A stretch of DNA of 64,000 nt. Origin: Candidatus Tenderia sp. (lineage in GTDB: Bacteria > Pseudomonadota > Gammaproteobacteria > Tenderiales > Tenderiaceae). Below the pieces are notes generated by a model. The model worked only from the letters and a program-made list of their open reading frames with translations. It searched no databases and was not told the DNA's origin. Positions 1-10,830 of this stretch are shown here, in pieces (positions within the stretch are counted from its first letter, which is position 1; every line of letters begins with the position of its first letter). The position numbers were made by a program, and so were the translations under genes. The DNA lies in NCBI GenBank assembly GCA_031416075.1, contig JANOSY010000055.1, forward strand, positions 9,156-73,155, written 5' to 3'.

Positions 1-1058
1 CCCTCCTCCATGGCGCGCTGAAACTCTTCCAGCAGCTCTTTCTGTTTGCGCCCCAGGTTGATGGGGGTCTCCACCTCCACCTTGCAGATCAGGTCGCCAA
101 TGCCACCACCGTGCACTGACTTAACACCCTTGCCACGTAAGCGGAACGATTTTCCTGTCTGTGTCTCGGCGGGAATTTTAAGTTTGACACGACCATCCAG
201 GGTCGGCACATCCAGCTCCCCCCCGAGTACCGCATTGGCAAAGCTGATCGGTACAACACAGTTAAGATTGCTCTCCTCACGGGTAAAGATGGCGTGTGGT
301 CGAACCTTGATCTGAACGTAAAGATCGCCCGAGGGACCACCACTTTCACCCGCCTCACCCTCCCCTGACAGGCGAATGCGATCACCATTATCAACACCGG
401 CCGGGATCTTCACTGACAGGGTTTTTTGCTCATTAACACGCCCCTGCCCACGACAATCGGGGCATGGATCTTTAATGATGTGACCACTGCCCTGGCAATG
501 GGGACAGGCTTGTTGTAGCGAGAAGAACCCCTGTTGAATACGGACCTGGCCACGACCACCACACGTAGTGCAGCTGACCGGACTGGTTCCTTTTTTGGCA
601 CCGGAGCCTTCACACGGGTTGCACTTAACCATGGTGGGTATGCGAATCTTGACAGTAGCACCACGCACTGCCTCTTCAAGATCAAGGTCGAGGTTGTAAC
701 GCAGATCAGCGCCACGATAGACACGTTGGCCACCGCCACCGGCACGTGCACCACCAAAAATGTCGCCAAACACATCACCAAAGACGTCGCCGAAATTACC
801 GCCGCCGGCTGCGCCACCACCACCCGCCGACTGATCTACACCGGCATGGCCAAACTGGTCGTAAGCGGCGCGCTTCTGGGCGTTGGAGAGTATCTCGTAG
901 GCCTCTTTGGCCTCTTTGAATTTCTCTTCAGACTCTTTGTTATCGGGGTTGCGGTCGGGGTGGTGTTTCTGCGCGGCACGGCGATAGGCCTTTTTAATAT
1001 CCGCTTCGCTGGCGTTTTTTGCCACACCTAATATTTCGTAAAAATCTCGTTTGGCCAT
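1..1058 (-). CDS. dnaJ: Chaperone DnaJ (3' end runs off window)
   Basis: Reverse strand from ATG at 1058 reads [16 protein letters not shown], with an HPD motif and CxxCxGxG repeats; directly downstream of dnaK. Missing from the ORF track because there is no stop in the window. Confidence 0.96.
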   Translation of the reverse strand, partial: MAKRDFYEILGVAKNASEADIKKAYRRAAQKHHPDRNPDNKESEEKFKEAKEAYEILSNAQKRAAYDQFGHAGVDQSAGGGGAAGGGNFGDVFGDVFGDIFGGARAGGGGQRVYRGADLRYNLDLDLEEAVRGATVKIRIPTMVKCNPCEGSGAKKGTSPVSCTTCGGRGQVRIQQGFFSLQQACPHCQGSGHIIKDPCPDCRGQGRVNEQKTLSVKIPAGVDNGDRIRLSGEGEAGESGGPSGDLYVQIKVRPHAIFTREESNLNCVVPISFANAVLGGELDVPTLDGRVKLKIPAETQTGKSFRLRGKGVKSVHGGGIGDLICKVEVETPINLGRKQKELLEEFQRAMEE

Positions 1059-1100
1059 GGGTCCAAGCTTTTAGTTGTTAAATTCTTAATTTGCACAAAC

Positions 1101-1135
1101 AACAACAGGCGCACCGTGAGGTTGCGCCTGCTGTT
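1101..1135 (-). terminator. Hairpin between dnaK and dnaJ
   Basis: Inverted repeat aaca(a)caggcgca...tgcgcctg(c)tgtt just after the dnaK stop. Confidence 0.5.
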
Positions 1136-1180
1136 CACCTCACATCAGAGACCAGTATCTAACGGCTGGCCCGGTCATGA

Positions 1181-3112
1181 TCAGCGTTTGTCGTCCTTCA
1201 CTTCCTCAAACTCAGCGTCAACCACATCATCCTTGGAGTTATCACCTTGGGCATCAGCCTGAGAGGAGCCGTCAGGGCCACCCTCTGCAGCAGCTTTTTG
1301 TGCATAGACACGTTCGGCCAGTTTGCCAGAGAGTGTAGCCAGGGCTTCAGTCTTGGCTTCGATCTCACTCTTGTCTTCGCCCTTCATGACCGTTTTCAGC
1401 TCTTCAACAGCCGCTTCGATGGCACGCTTCTCTTCCGCCTCAACCTGATCACCCAGCTCCTTCAAAGAGGAGGTAGTAGAATGAATCATGTTGTCCGCCG
1501 CGTTACGGGCCCCTACCATCTCGTGGAACTTACGATCCTCGTCTTTGTGGGCTTCGGCATCACTCACCATCTTGGCAACCTCTTCATCACTCAGGCCAGA
1601 AGAGGCCTTGATGACAATGGAGGTATGTTTGCCAGTGGCCTTGTCCTTGGCAGAGACATTCAGAATACCGTTGGCATCAATGTCAAAAGTAACTTCGATC
1701 TGCGGCACACCCCGGCGCGCCGGGGTGATGTCACCCAGGTCAAAACGACCGAGTGATTTATTGGCAGCGGCTATTTCGCGCTCACCCTGTAATACATGCA
1801 CCGTCACGGCGCTTTGGTTATCTTCAGCGGTAGAAAAAACCTGGTTGGCCTTGGTTGGGATAGTGGTGTTTTTTTCGATCAGTTTGGTCATCACACCACC
1901 CATGGTCTCGATACCCAGAGACAATGGTGTGACGTCGAGCAGCAGTACATCCTTCACCTCACCACCCAATACGCCACCCTGAATCGCGGCACCTACGGCC
2001 ACGGCCTCATCAGGATTGACATCCTTGCGTGGCTCTTTGCCAAAGATCTCCTGCACCTTGGCCTGCACCATCGGCATGCGGGTCTGACCACCGACCATCA
2101 GCACATCATCCACATCAGATGCGGAGAGACCGGCATCCTTCAGCGCCATGCGGCACGGCTCGACGGTACGACTGACCAGCTCTTCTACCAATGATTCCAG
2201 CTTGGCGCGGGTCACCTTGATATTCAGATGCTTCGGACCTTTGGCATCGGCAGTGATGTAGGGCAGGTTGACGTCAGTCTGCTGTGAGGAGGAGAGTTCG
2301 ATCTTGGCCTTCTCAGCCGCCTCTTTCAGGCGCTGTAGCGCCAGCGGATCGTGATGCAGATCGATACCGCTTTCTTTCTTGAACTCATCGGCAAGATAGT
2401 CGATCAGGCGCAAGTCAAAATCTTCACCACCGAGGAAGGTGTCACCGTTGGTAGAGAGCACTTCAATCTGCTGCTCACCTTCAACCTCAGCGATTTCGAT
2501 GATGGAAATATCAAAAGTACCACCACCCAAGTCATAGACAGCCACCTTGCGGTCGCCACGGCGTTTATCCATGCCGTAGGCCAAGGCAGCAGCTGTGGGT
2601 TCGTTGATAATACGTTTTACTTCCAGACCCGCAATACGACCCGCATCTTTGGTAGCTTGGCGCTGCGAGTCATTGAAGTAGGCCGGCACGGTAATAACCG
2701 CTTCAGTAACAGGCTCGCCCAGATAATCCTCAGCAGTCTTTTTCATCTTCATCAAGACGCGGGCAGAGATTTCTGGCGGTGCCATCTTTTTGCCATTGAC
2801 ATCAATCCAGGCATCGCCATTTTCGGCTTGGGCGATGGTGTAGGGGACCATCTTGATGTCCTTCTGTACTTCGGCATCCTTGAAGCGGCGACCAATCAGG
2901 CGCTTAACCGCAAACAGGGTGTTTTTGGGATTGGTGACCGCCTGACGTTTGGCCGACTGGCCGACCAGCACCTCACCATCATCGGCATAGGCGACGATGG
3001 ATGGGGTTGTACGATCCCCTTCACTGTTCTCAATGACGCGGGGCTTGCCGTCTTCCATCACTGCGACGCAAGAGTTGGTGGTTCCCAAGTCAATACCGAT
3101 AATTCTGCCCAT
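1181..3112 (-). CDS. dnaK: Chaperone DnaK (Hsp70)
   Basis: [27 protein letters not shown]-terminus. Confidence 0.99.
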   Translation of the reverse strand: MGRIIGIDLGTTNSCVAVMEDGKPRVIENSEGDRTTPSIVAYADDGEVLVGQSAKRQAVTNPKNTLFAVKRLIGRRFKDAEVQKDIKMVPYTIAQAENGDAWIDVNGKKMAPPEISARVLMKMKKTAEDYLGEPVTEAVITVPAYFNDSQRQATKDAGRIAGLEVKRIINEPTAAALAYGMDKRRGDRKVAVYDLGGGTFDISIIEIAEVEGEQQIEVLSTNGDTFLGGEDFDLRLIDYLADEFKKESGIDLHHDPLALQRLKEAAEKAKIELSSSQQTDVNLPYITADAKGPKHLNIKVTRAKLESLVEELVSRTVEPCRMALKDAGLSASDVDDVLMVGGQTRMPMVQAKVQEIFGKEPRKDVNPDEAVAVGAAIQGGVLGGEVKDVLLLDVTPLSLGIETMGGVMTKLIEKNTTIPTKANQVFSTAEDNQSAVTVHVLQGEREIAAANKSLGRFDLGDITPARRGVPQIEVTFDIDANGILNVSAKDKATGKHTSIVIKASSGLSDEEVAKMVSDAEAHKDEDRKFHEMVGARNAADNMIHSTTSSLKELGDQVEAEEKRAIEAAVEELKTVMKGEDKSEIEAKTEALATLSGKLAERVYAQKAAAEGGPDGSSQADAQGDNSKDDVVDAEFEEVKDDKR

Positions 3113-3179
3113 TACTCCAATCTCCGTAGTTAAGTCTTATGTTCATGTTTTGTGCAGCATGGTGGCTGCCGCTTATCCC

Positions 3180-3209
3180 TTTAATGGGGACGACAGCGTA
3201 TTTATCAAG
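3180..3209 (-). promoter_or_regulatory. Sigma32 heat-shock promoter of dnaK
   Basis: Minus strand CTTGAT-N14-CCCCATTA matches the RpoH consensus CTTGAA/CCCCATnT. Confidence 0.75.
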
Positions 3210-3831
3210 CCTGAAAGTCTATCGTGCCGGTCAAATCGCCCTCAGACTTCAGGTTGGCACCCGATTTAGCGCTGGCAACCACCACCATGGCAGGGCGGAC
3301 CAGACGATCATTAAGCTGATACCCTTTCTGATAAACTGCAACCACAGTATTAGGGATCGCATCGGGCAGATCCTGCATCGCCATCGCCTGATGGCGCTCA
3401 GCGTTGAACTTCTCACCCATCGGGTTAAGCTCCACCACACCAAACTTTGCCACGGCGGCGGCCAACATCTTGCCGGTCAGCTCCAGCCCTTCACGCACTT
3501 TTGCCAAATCGGCCCCGTCAGCACTGGCCGCGGCCTCGCCCATTTCCAGGCTGTCTTTAACCGGCAGCAGCTCGTTTACAAACCGCTCCAGTGCATATTT
3601 GTGGGCATTTTCAACATCACGTTCAGCGCGGCGACGGCTGTTATCAGACTCCGCCTGTACCCTTAGCACCTGATTCCAATGCTCTTCAGCTTTGGCCTGT
3701 GCCTCTGTCAACATCTGCTGAAGCTCTTCATAGGTGGGCGCAGGCAGCTCACTCTGAATTTCCGGGCTGGCCTCTACCACCACCTCTCCATCAATGGCTT
3801 CGCTGTTTTCACTTTTTTTATCCGTCATCAC
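3205..3831 (-). CDS. grpE: Nucleotide exchange factor GrpE
   Basis: AESDNSRRR, LLPVKDSLE, QKGYQLNDRLVRPAMVVV; upstream of dnaK. Confidence 0.98.
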   Translation of the reverse strand: MMTDKKSENSEAIDGEVVVEASPEIQSELPAPTYEELQQMLTEAQAKAEEHWNQVLRVQAESDNSRRRAERDVENAHKYALERFVNELLPVKDSLEMGEAAASADGADLAKVREGLELTGKMLAAAVAKFGVVELNPMGEKFNAERHQAMAMQDLPDAIPNTVVAVYQKGYQLNDRLVRPAMVVVASAKSGANLKSEGDLTGTIDFQA

Positions 3832-3871
3832 TCAATCCTGGGTTGTCAATGAGATACACAACAGTAGCCGT

Positions 3872-3899
3872 AGATGGGGATGATCAATACAGATTCAAG
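3872..3899 (-). promoter_or_regulatory. Sigma32 heat-shock promoter of grpE
   Basis: Minus strand CTTGAA-N14-CCCCATCT. Confidence 0.78.
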
Positions 3900-4128
3900 G
3901 CGTGGTCTGATATTTTTGCCGGGCTGGCGGTGGCAGGAAGCACCGGCCAAACGCGTTCACAAGATATTGCAAATATTCACCAAGATCATTGGCCATGATG
4001 GTTTACAACTCCTGTATGATGCAAAAAACTGTCACTACGCTATCATCAGCAACCCAAACGTCGGTCAAAGATAGCCGCCCCCAACATCAAAATGTCAAAA
4101 TAGGGCTTCATCCCAACAGGTTATACAG

Positions 4129-4998
4129 ATGACAACTAAATTCAGCCGTATCGGCATTGTCAGCAAATTCAGTGACACCTCCATCGGCACCACCATCGAA
4201 ATACTCGCCAACTTCTTAAGCGCACGTAATCATCAGGTTGTGCTGGAGGAGAGCGCTGCCAAGACCCTGTGCAATACAACGTTGGAGACAACCTCCATCG
4301 ATCAGATCGGCAAACATTGTGATCTGGTGATCGTTGTTGGTGGTGATGGCACCCTGCTGCACACTGCCCGTTCACTGGCAGACCACAACATCCCACTGGT
4401 TGGCATCAATCTTGGTCGCCTGGGCTTTTTAACCGATATTTCGCCTGACGACATGCTCTCCCGCCTGGATGAGATACTCAGTGGTATCTACCACGAAGAG
4501 AAGCGTTTTTTGCTACAGGCGCTGGTAATCCGCAATGGTGAAACTGTCCAAACAGGCAGCGCGCTCAACGACGTGGTGATTCATAAATGGAATTCAGTGC
4601 GGATGATCGAGTTCGAAACCCACGTCGATGGCCTGCTGGTCAACAGCCAGCGCTCCGACGGTCTGATCGTCTCCACCCCCACCGGCTCCACCGCCTACGC
4701 ACTCTCAGGCGGCGGCCCCATCATGCATCCCGCCCTGGATGCCATCGTACTGGTGCCCATCTGCCCCCACACCCTAAGCAACCGGCCGCTGGTCATCGCC
4801 GCCAGCAGTGTGATCGAGTTGCGGGTGACCCGGACTGATATCGCCCACGTACGTATCACCCTGGATGGCCAGACTATTCTCTCCCTGGCCGAGGGTGATC
4901 ACGTTCGAATCGTTAAAAAAGAGCCCCCTGTGCGGCTCTTCCACCCCAAAGGTCACGACCATTTCCAGATCCTGCGCGCCAAACTGCGTTGGGGTTAG
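4129..4998 (+). CDS. nadK: NAD kinase
   Basis: GGDGT, GINLGRLGFL, NDVVI, STPTGSTAYALS motifs. Confidence 0.98.
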   Translation: MTTKFSRIGIVSKFSDTSIGTTIEILANFLSARNHQVVLEESAAKTLCNTTLETTSIDQIGKHCDLVIVVGGDGTLLHTARSLADHNIPLVGINLGRLGFLTDISPDDMLSRLDEILSGIYHEEKRFLLQALVIRNGETVQTGSALNDVVIHKWNSVRMIEFETHVDGLLVNSQRSDGLIVSTPTGSTAYALSGGGPIMHPALDAIVLVPICPHTLSNRPLVIAASSVIELRVTRTDIAHVRITLDGQTILSLAEGDHVRIVKKEPPVRLFHPKGHDHFQILRAKLRWG

Positions 4999-5013
4999 CG
5001 AGTTCAATACACC

Positions 5014-6693
5014 ATGCTGAATCAGATTAACATCCGTAACTTTGCCATTATTGACGCCTTGGAGCTGGAGTTTCGCCCCGGCATGACCGTGCTCACCGGT
5101 GAGACAGGGGCGGGTAAATCGATCCTGGTAGACGCCCTGGGACTCGTATTGGGTGACCGTGCCGACAGCGACGTGGTGCGCCACGGCGAAACACGCGCCG
5201 AGATCAGCGCCGAGTTCAATATCGACACACTGCCCACCGTACTCAGCTGGCTTCAGCAGAACGACCTGGATGAAGAGCACGACTGCATCCTGCGCCGGGT
5301 TGTCTCCGCCGAAGGACGGTCAAAGTGTTACATCAACGGTCGCCCCGCCTCACTACAACTGATCAAAACGGTCGGCGAGATGCTGGTGGATATCCATGGT
5401 CAGCATCAGCACCAGTCGCTGCTCAAAAGTGAAGTACAACGCCAGCTGCTCGACGACTACGGCACCCATCAACCCCTCGCAGACGAGACCCGCACACTGC
5501 AACAGCGCTGGAAAAGCGGCCTCGACAAGCTCGAACAGCTGCGCCAGAGCGGCCGTGACCGCAATGCCCGTCTCGACCTGCTGCGCTACCACGTGCAAGA
5601 GCTGGAAGGGCTGGCGCTGGAGTCCGGCGAGTTTCAAGCGCTGGAAGAGGAGCAGCGCCGCCTCGCCCACGGCGGTCGTCTGCTGGAGCAGTGCGCCGCC
5701 GCCCTGAACGCCCTCTACGACAGTGACGAGATGAGTGCTCAGGGCATCATCATCCACTCACTGACCGAACTACAGCAACTCAGCGATATTGACCCCCGGC
5801 TAAACAATATCTGCACCCTGATCAACGAGGCCAGCATCCAGGTGCAAGAGGCTGGCAACGAACTGCGCCACTATGTGGAGCGGCTGGAGCTTGACCCGGC
5901 CCGGCTGGAGTGGGTCGATCAGCGACTGGGGGCAATCCACGATCTGGCACGCAAACACCACGTCGACCCCGAGGCGCTGCCGACGCTGCTGCAAAACTTC
6001 AGTGACGAACTCCAGCGCCTGGAAAACGCCGACGTACTGCTCGACCAGCTCCAGACCGAACTTAAACAGCTACTCAGCCAATACCAGGACAGCGCAAAAA
6101 AACTGAGCCAGGCGCGCCAAAAGAGCGCCAAAAAACTCTCCACCGCCGTCACTGAGATTATCCGCCAGCTGGGTATGCCTGCCGGGCAGTTCACCGTCGC
6201 CCTACAGCCACGGGAAGAGCAGACACCCCACCGCCACGGCTTGGAGCAGATCAGTTTTGAAGTTGCCGCCAACCCCGGCCAGCCCGCCAAACCGTTGAGC
6301 AAAGTCGCCTCCGGTGGTGAACTGTCACGTATCTCGCTAGCGATACAGGTACTGCTCGCCAATAACCAGAAGATCCCAACACTGATCTTTGATGAGGTGG
6401 ACACGGGCATTGGGGGCGCAGTTGCTGAAACTGTCGGCCGCCAGCTGCGAACCCTCGGCGTCAGCCATCAGGTGATGTGTGTTACACACCTGCCACAAGT
6501 GGCAGCACTAGGGCACCAACACCTGCAAGTGAGCAAAAAGATCGAAGGGAAAAACACCTGGACCCAGATCCAGCTGCTGGCAAATGAGCAGCGTCAGGAG
6601 GAGATTGCCCGCATGATGAGCGGCATGGAGATCACACCACAGACCCGCGCCCACGCCAGAGAGATGATTGACCGTGCCGAAGCACTGGCATAA
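5014..6693 (+). CDS. recN: DNA repair protein RecN
   Basis: GETGAGKS Walker A, SGGELSR signature, FDEVDTG; follows nadK. Confidence 0.98.
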   Translation: MLNQINIRNFAIIDALELEFRPGMTVLTGETGAGKSILVDALGLVLGDRADSDVVRHGETRAEISAEFNIDTLPTVLSWLQQNDLDEEHDCILRRVVSAEGRSKCYINGRPASLQLIKTVGEMLVDIHGQHQHQSLLKSEVQRQLLDDYGTHQPLADETRTLQQRWKSGLDKLEQLRQSGRDRNARLDLLRYHVQELEGLALESGEFQALEEEQRRLAHGGRLLEQCAAALNALYDSDEMSAQGIIIHSLTELQQLSDIDPRLNNICTLINEASIQVQEAGNELRHYVERLELDPARLEWVDQRLGAIHDLARKHHVDPEALPTLLQNFSDELQRLENADVLLDQLQTELKQLLSQYQDSAKKLSQARQKSAKKLSTAVTEIIRQLGMPAGQFTVALQPREEQTPHRHGLEQISFEVAANPGQPAKPLSKVASGGELSRISLAIQVLLANNQKIPTLIFDEVDTGIGGAVAETVGRQLRTLGVSHQVMCVTHLPQVAALGHQHLQVSKKIEGKNTWTQIQLLANEQRQEEIARMMSGMEITPQTRAHAREMIDRAEALA

Positions 6694-6715
6694 AGAAGCA
6701 CTGGCATAAACAGGA

Positions 6716-7138
6716 CTACTTCTCCCTCGCCTGGCAGGCCGGACAGATACCATATATATAGAGGCTATGGTCAGTGATGCGATACCCGGCATTGGCGGCA
6801 ATCACCCGTTGGCGCTCCTCGATCGTCTCATCAACAAACTCCTCCACACCACCACAAGAGGTGCAGAGCATATGGTCATGATGCACACCATGGTCCAGTT
6901 CAAATACTGAATACCCCCCCTCAAAATGGTGGCGCGCCACCAAACCGGCCGCCTCAAACTGGGTCAATACACGGTAAACCGTTGCCAGACCGATATCTTC
7001 ATTGCTTTCCAGCAACGCCTTATACACATCCTCAGCACGCATGTGCTGATCCCGATTGTTTTCCAGGATCTCTAAAATCTTAAGTCGCGGTACCGTCGCT
7101 TTCAGCCCGGCCTTTTTCAAGTCTTGTGTTTGAGTCAA
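6716..7138 (-). CDS. fur: Ferric uptake regulator (probable TTG start at 7138)
   Basis: GLKATVPRLKIL, GLATVYRVL, HHDH, CxxC motifs; GGAG precedes the TTG. Confidence 0.96.
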   Translation of the reverse strand: MTQTQDLKKAGLKATVPRLKILEILENNRDQHMRAEDVYKALLESNEDIGLATVYRVLTQFEAAGLVARHHFEGGYSVFELDHGVHHDHMLCTSCGGVEEFVDETIEERQRVIAANAGYRITDHSLYIYGICPACQAREK

Positions 7139-7233
7139 GCTATTCGCTCCGTGAATGTCCAAAAATGGCGACTTACCCCAAAACTGGTGTAATATTCCCG
7201 CCCATCTCTGGCCAATAGTTGATCGTACTGCTA

Positions 7234-7554
7234 ATGCAAAAGCTTCTCATCTCCACCCTACTATGTGCAAGCCTTCTTTCCGCGTGCAGCGCCCATAAGC
7301 TTGAAATCCAGCAGGGCAACGTTATCGCCCCGGAGATGGTGGAAAAACTCAAACCGGGCATGACCTCCCGCCAGGTGAAGTTTGTCATGGGTTCACCCCA
7401 GCTCACAGACCCCTTCCACAAGGATCGCTGGGATTACCTCTACATCCTCAGAAGTGACGGTAAAATCGCCGAAAAGAGACATCTGATACTCTTTTTTGAA
7501 GGTGACGTGCTCAGCCACATCGACAACCAGACCGCCACCACGCCACCTCTCTAA
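7234..7554 (+). CDS. bamE: Outer membrane assembly lipoprotein BamE (SmpA/OmlA)
   Basis: Lipobox LSAC, IQQGN, GMTSRQV, RWDY; divergent from fur. Confidence 0.95.
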   Translation: MQKLLISTLLCASLLSACSAHKLEIQQGNVIAPEMVEKLKPGMTSRQVKFVMGSPQLTDPFHKDRWDYLYILRSDGKIAEKRHLILFFEGDVLSHIDNQTATTPPL

Positions 7555-7871
7555 ACGTCACCGCCCCCTTTTTTCATCTTCTTCCCCTCTGCCGCACGCT
7601 GACGTCGTACCTCTTTAGGGTCAGCAATCAGCTTGCGGTAGATCTCAATACGATCCCCCTCACGCAGACCACTGGCAGTCAACTTGGTCAACTTGCCAAA
7701 AATACCCACTTTGCTGTCGGCCAGATCGATCTCCGGAAACTTATCCAGAATCCCAGACGCCTTAACGGCATCCTCCACCGTCCCATCCTTAGCCACATTA
7801 GCCGTCAAAATCAGCTGCGTATCCGGCCGTGCATACGCCACCTCAATCTTAATCATTTCACCGTTTTCCAT
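7551..7871 (-). CDS. ratB: RnfH/RatB ubiquitin-like protein
   Basis: IEVAYA, VGIFGK, GDRIEIYRKLIADPKEVRRQRA. Confidence 0.92.
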   Translation of the reverse strand: MENGEMIKIEVAYARPDTQLILTANVAKDGTVEDAVKASGILDKFPEIDLADSKVGIFGKLTKLTASGLREGDRIEIYRKLIADPKEVRRQRAAEGKKMKKGGGDV

Positions 7872-8295
7872 AGACCTCCACCGCCCGCTGACAAAAAGCA
7901 TCCACCAAAGAGTTGGCAATCTGGCTAAATACCGGCCCCACCGTCAAACCCAGAAACTTGTTCGAAAACTCAAACTCCATCATCAACGACACCTTGCACG
8001 ACACCTCGTCCAACACATCAAAGCGCCAAAACCCCTCCAGATGGTGGAACGGCCCTTCTTCCAGACGCATCTCAATCATCTTATTGATCTGCATACGATT
8101 ACAGGTTGTAAACGTTTTATTAATACCGCCCTTACTCAACTCCAGGCAACCCCGCACCTCATCATCACCCCGACTCAATACCCGACTGCTCTTGCACCAA
8201 GGCAAAAAAGCTTGATACGAATCGATATCATCCACCAGCGCATACATCTCCGCCGCAGAATAAGGCACCAAAGCACTACGATTAATCGCTGTCAT
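7858..8295 (-). CDS. ratA: RatA/PasT START-domain protein
   Basis: RSALVPYSAAEMYALVDDIDSY..FLPWC, GPFHHLEGFWRF; conserved position next to smpB. Confidence 0.93.
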   Translation of the reverse strand: MTAINRSALVPYSAAEMYALVDDIDSYQAFLPWCKSSRVLSRGDDEVRGCLELSKGGINKTFTTCNRMQINKMIEMRLEEGPFHHLEGFWRFDVLDEVSCKVSLMMEFEFSNKFLGLTVGPVFSQIANSLVDAFCQRAVEVYGKR

Positions 8296-8466
8296 ACCAC
8301 TCCAAAATCCCAAATAACACTGCGGGCACAGCCGCCTGCGTTAAAAACCGCTGTAAACGATAGCCGAAGGCAGAGCCCCCCCCGCAACCCATGCCAAAAA
8401 TAACCAGCAACAATTTTACACCGGAAACTCACACATCGATTAGCACTACCATTATAATTGGCACCC

Positions 8467-8949
8467 ATGAGCAAAAACGCACAAACAAAGACAGGCCAGG
8501 GCGGCGGCACCATCACCCTCAACAAAAAAGCCAAACACGAGTTTTTTATTGAGGACAAATTTGAAGCGGGCATCGTACTCGAAGGCTGGGAAGTCAAAAG
8601 CCTGCGCGCCGGAAAGGTGCAGATGCGCGACAGCTACGTCCTGATCAAAAATGGCGAGGCGTTCCTCATTGGCACCCTCATCTCACCGCTGAATACTGCC
8701 TCCACCCATATCCACCCCAGCGCCGAACGGACCCGCAAACTGCTGCTCAACCGCCACGAGCTGAGCAAACTGATCGGTGCCGTCGAGCGCCAAGGCTATA
8801 CCGTCATCCCTATCGCCATGTACTGGAGCAAAAACCGGGTCAAGCTCGAAATTGGCCTTGCCAAGGGCAAACAGGAACACGACAAACGCAATACCGAACG
8901 TGACCGCGAATGGGCACGCGACAAACAGCGCATCATGAAACGTGGCTAA
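8467..8949 (+). CDS. smpB: SsrA-binding protein SmpB
   Basis: NKKAKHEFFI, GWEVKSLR, RTRKLLL, AKGKQEHDKR. Confidence 0.98.
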   Translation: MSKNAQTKTGQGGGTITLNKKAKHEFFIEDKFEAGIVLEGWEVKSLRAGKVQMRDSYVLIKNGEAFLIGTLISPLNTASTHIHPSAERTRKLLLNRHELSKLIGAVERQGYTVIPIAMYWSKNRVKLEIGLAKGKQEHDKRNTERDREWARDKQRIMKRG

Positions 8950-9003
8950 ATCATCGCTGGCCGGGAACCTCCACGTCAGATACAATGCTCCACTTGAACC
9001 AAA

Positions 9004-9363
9004 GGGGGCGATCTGGCTTCGACGTGGATTGCGAAACCCAAGGTGCATGCCGAGGTGTAGGTCCCCTCGTAAAACAATCTACAAACTTATAGTTGCCAAC
9101 GAAGACAACTACGCACTCGCTGCTTAATACCCAGTAGGGTGCCCTCGGCCCAAGTCTGTGCTTGTGCACTTGGTAACCGGGGTCGACTCACACAAGCTCG
9201 CGATGAAGTTAGTCTGGCACCGATTCGTTAAATTCTTACAGACTCGCCGTATGTTTTCCCTGCCAATCGGGTAGCATGCGGTTAAATTAATAGATTGGAT
9301 AAGCATGTAGAGCTGACGGCAGAGGATTTGCGGACGCGGGTTCGATTCCCGCCGCCTCCACCA
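9004..9363 (+). ncRNA. ssrA: tmRNA (one-piece); tag peptide ANEDNYALAA at 9095-9127
   Basis: 5' GGGGGCGATCTGGCTTCGAC; 3' T-arm GGGTTCGATTCCC plus GCCGCCTCCACCA; internal tag ORF ending ALAA-stop; directly after smpB. Confidence 0.97.
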
Positions 9364-9398
9364 TTTAATGATTCAAGTACGTCCAGCACCATCCAAAG

Positions 9399-9425
9399 AA
9401 CCCGCCTAAGTGCGGGTTTTTTATT
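9399..9425 (+). terminator. Rho-independent terminator after ssrA (element-supplied)
   Basis: aacccgc-ctaagt-gcgggtt followed by a T run. Confidence 0.8.
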
Positions 9426-9478
9426 GTTTTATCGTCCATACAGGGGTAACATCGTCCAACAACATCCGGCCTTGAGCG

Positions 9479-9498
9479 GGGGTAACTATGGGGGTTAC
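9479..9498 (+). repeat. Integrase arm-type site (left)
   Basis: 19/20 identical to 14554-14573; further half-sites at 9443-9450 and inverted at 9518-9526. Confidence 0.8.
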
Positions 9499-9528
9499 CC
9501 CCAAGGTCGGTAGGAGAGTTACCCCCAA

Positions 9529-10743
9529 ATGCCCCTAACCGATACCGCAATCCGCAACGCCAAGCCCGGAGAGAAGCCCGCCAAGCTATTTGATGAGCGC
9601 GGGCTATTCCTGCTGGTTACCCCATCCGGGGGTAAGTGGTGGCGCTTCAAGTACCGTTTCGACGGCAAAGAAAAACTCCTCTCCCTTGGCGTCTATCCCG
9701 ACGTGGGCCTAAAAGATGCTCGCGAACGACGCGACGAAGCCCGCAAGCAGGTTGCCGCCGGAATAGACCCCGGCGAAAACCGCAAAGCCCAGAAGTCAGC
9801 GCAAACCGACCGGGCCGCCAACAGCTTTGAAGTGGTGGCGCGGGAATGGTTCGCCAAATATTCATCAAGCTGGGTAGATAGCCATGGCACCCGAATCATC
9901 CGGCGCTTCGAGAGCAACATTTTCCCATGGATCGGTGGCCGCCCCATTGCCGACATAACCGCCCCAGAGTTACTGGCCACGGTACGCCGCATTGAAGAAC
10001 GTGGAGCACTGGAGACCGCGCACCGGGCACTTTCCAACTGTGGGCAAGTGTTCCGCTATGCTGTGGCGACTGGCCGGGCCGTGCGTGATCCCACCGGTGA
10101 CCTTCGCGGCGCACTCCCCCCAGTCAAGGGGGAGCACTTCGCCTCCACCACTGAGCCAAAGCGGGTAGCGGACATCCTACGGGCCATGGATGGCTATGAA
10201 GGCACCCTAACCGTGCGCTGTGCCCTACGCCTTGCCCCTCTGGTCTTTGTGCGCCCCGGTGAACTACGCCACGCCGAATGGACAGACATCGACCTTGAGG
10301 CGGCAGAGTGGCGCTACATCGTCACCAAGACCAACACCCCCCACATCGTCCCCCTCGCCCGCCAAGCCGTGGAGATATTGCGCGAACTGCACCCCCTCAC
10401 CGGGCGCGGGCACTTTGTCTTTCCGGGGGCGCGAAGCATTGCCCGCCCCATGAGTGAAAACGCAATCCTGGCCGCCATGCGGCGTATGGGTATCGCTAAA
10501 GAGGAGATGAGCGGCCACGGCTTCCGCGCCATGGCCCGCACCATCCTTGATGAAGTGCTAGGGGTGCGCCCTGACTTCATCGAGCACCAGTTAGCCCACG
10601 CCGTGCGTGATCCAAACGGACGCGCCTACAACCGCACAGCTCACCTTCCAGAACGGCAAAAGATGATGCAGCAATGGGCGGACTATCTGGACACGCTGAA
10701 GGCCGGTGCTGAAGTGATACCTCTGCACAGCAGAAAGGCTTAA
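9529..10743 (+). CDS. P4-family tyrosine integrase
   Basis: Arm-binding N-terminus MPLTDTAIRNAKP..LSLGVYP; catalytic R (RPGELR), HGFR, LAH, Y (AYNR). Confidence 0.96.
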   Translation: MPLTDTAIRNAKPGEKPAKLFDERGLFLLVTPSGGKWWRFKYRFDGKEKLLSLGVYPDVGLKDARERRDEARKQVAAGIDPGENRKAQKSAQTDRAANSFEVVAREWFAKYSSSWVDSHGTRIIRRFESNIFPWIGGRPIADITAPELLATVRRIEERGALETAHRALSNCGQVFRYAVATGRAVRDPTGDLRGALPPVKGEHFASTTEPKRVADILRAMDGYEGTLTVRCALRLAPLVFVRPGELRHAEWTDIDLEAAEWRYIVTKTNTPHIVPLARQAVEILRELHPLTGRGHFVFPGARSIARPMSENAILAAMRRMGIAKEEMSGHGFRAMARTILDEVLGVRPDFIEHQLAHAVRDPNGRAYNRTAHLPERQKMMQQWADYLDTLKAGAEVIPLHSRKA

Positions 10744-10830
10744 CGAATAAGCTCACATGGCCAATGGTAAGAGTGAAAGCCGCCTCCGAACCAGTTGATT
10801 CGATTAAATCTCAGACAAAGAGACCGATAA

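Noticed and set aside
1247-3133. Long + strand ORFs opposite dnaK
   Set aside because: Well-known antisense shadow frames of hsp70 genes; fragmented here.
8942-9127. 61-aa ORF after smpB
   Set aside because: It is the tmRNA tag reading frame extended upstream, not a protein gene.
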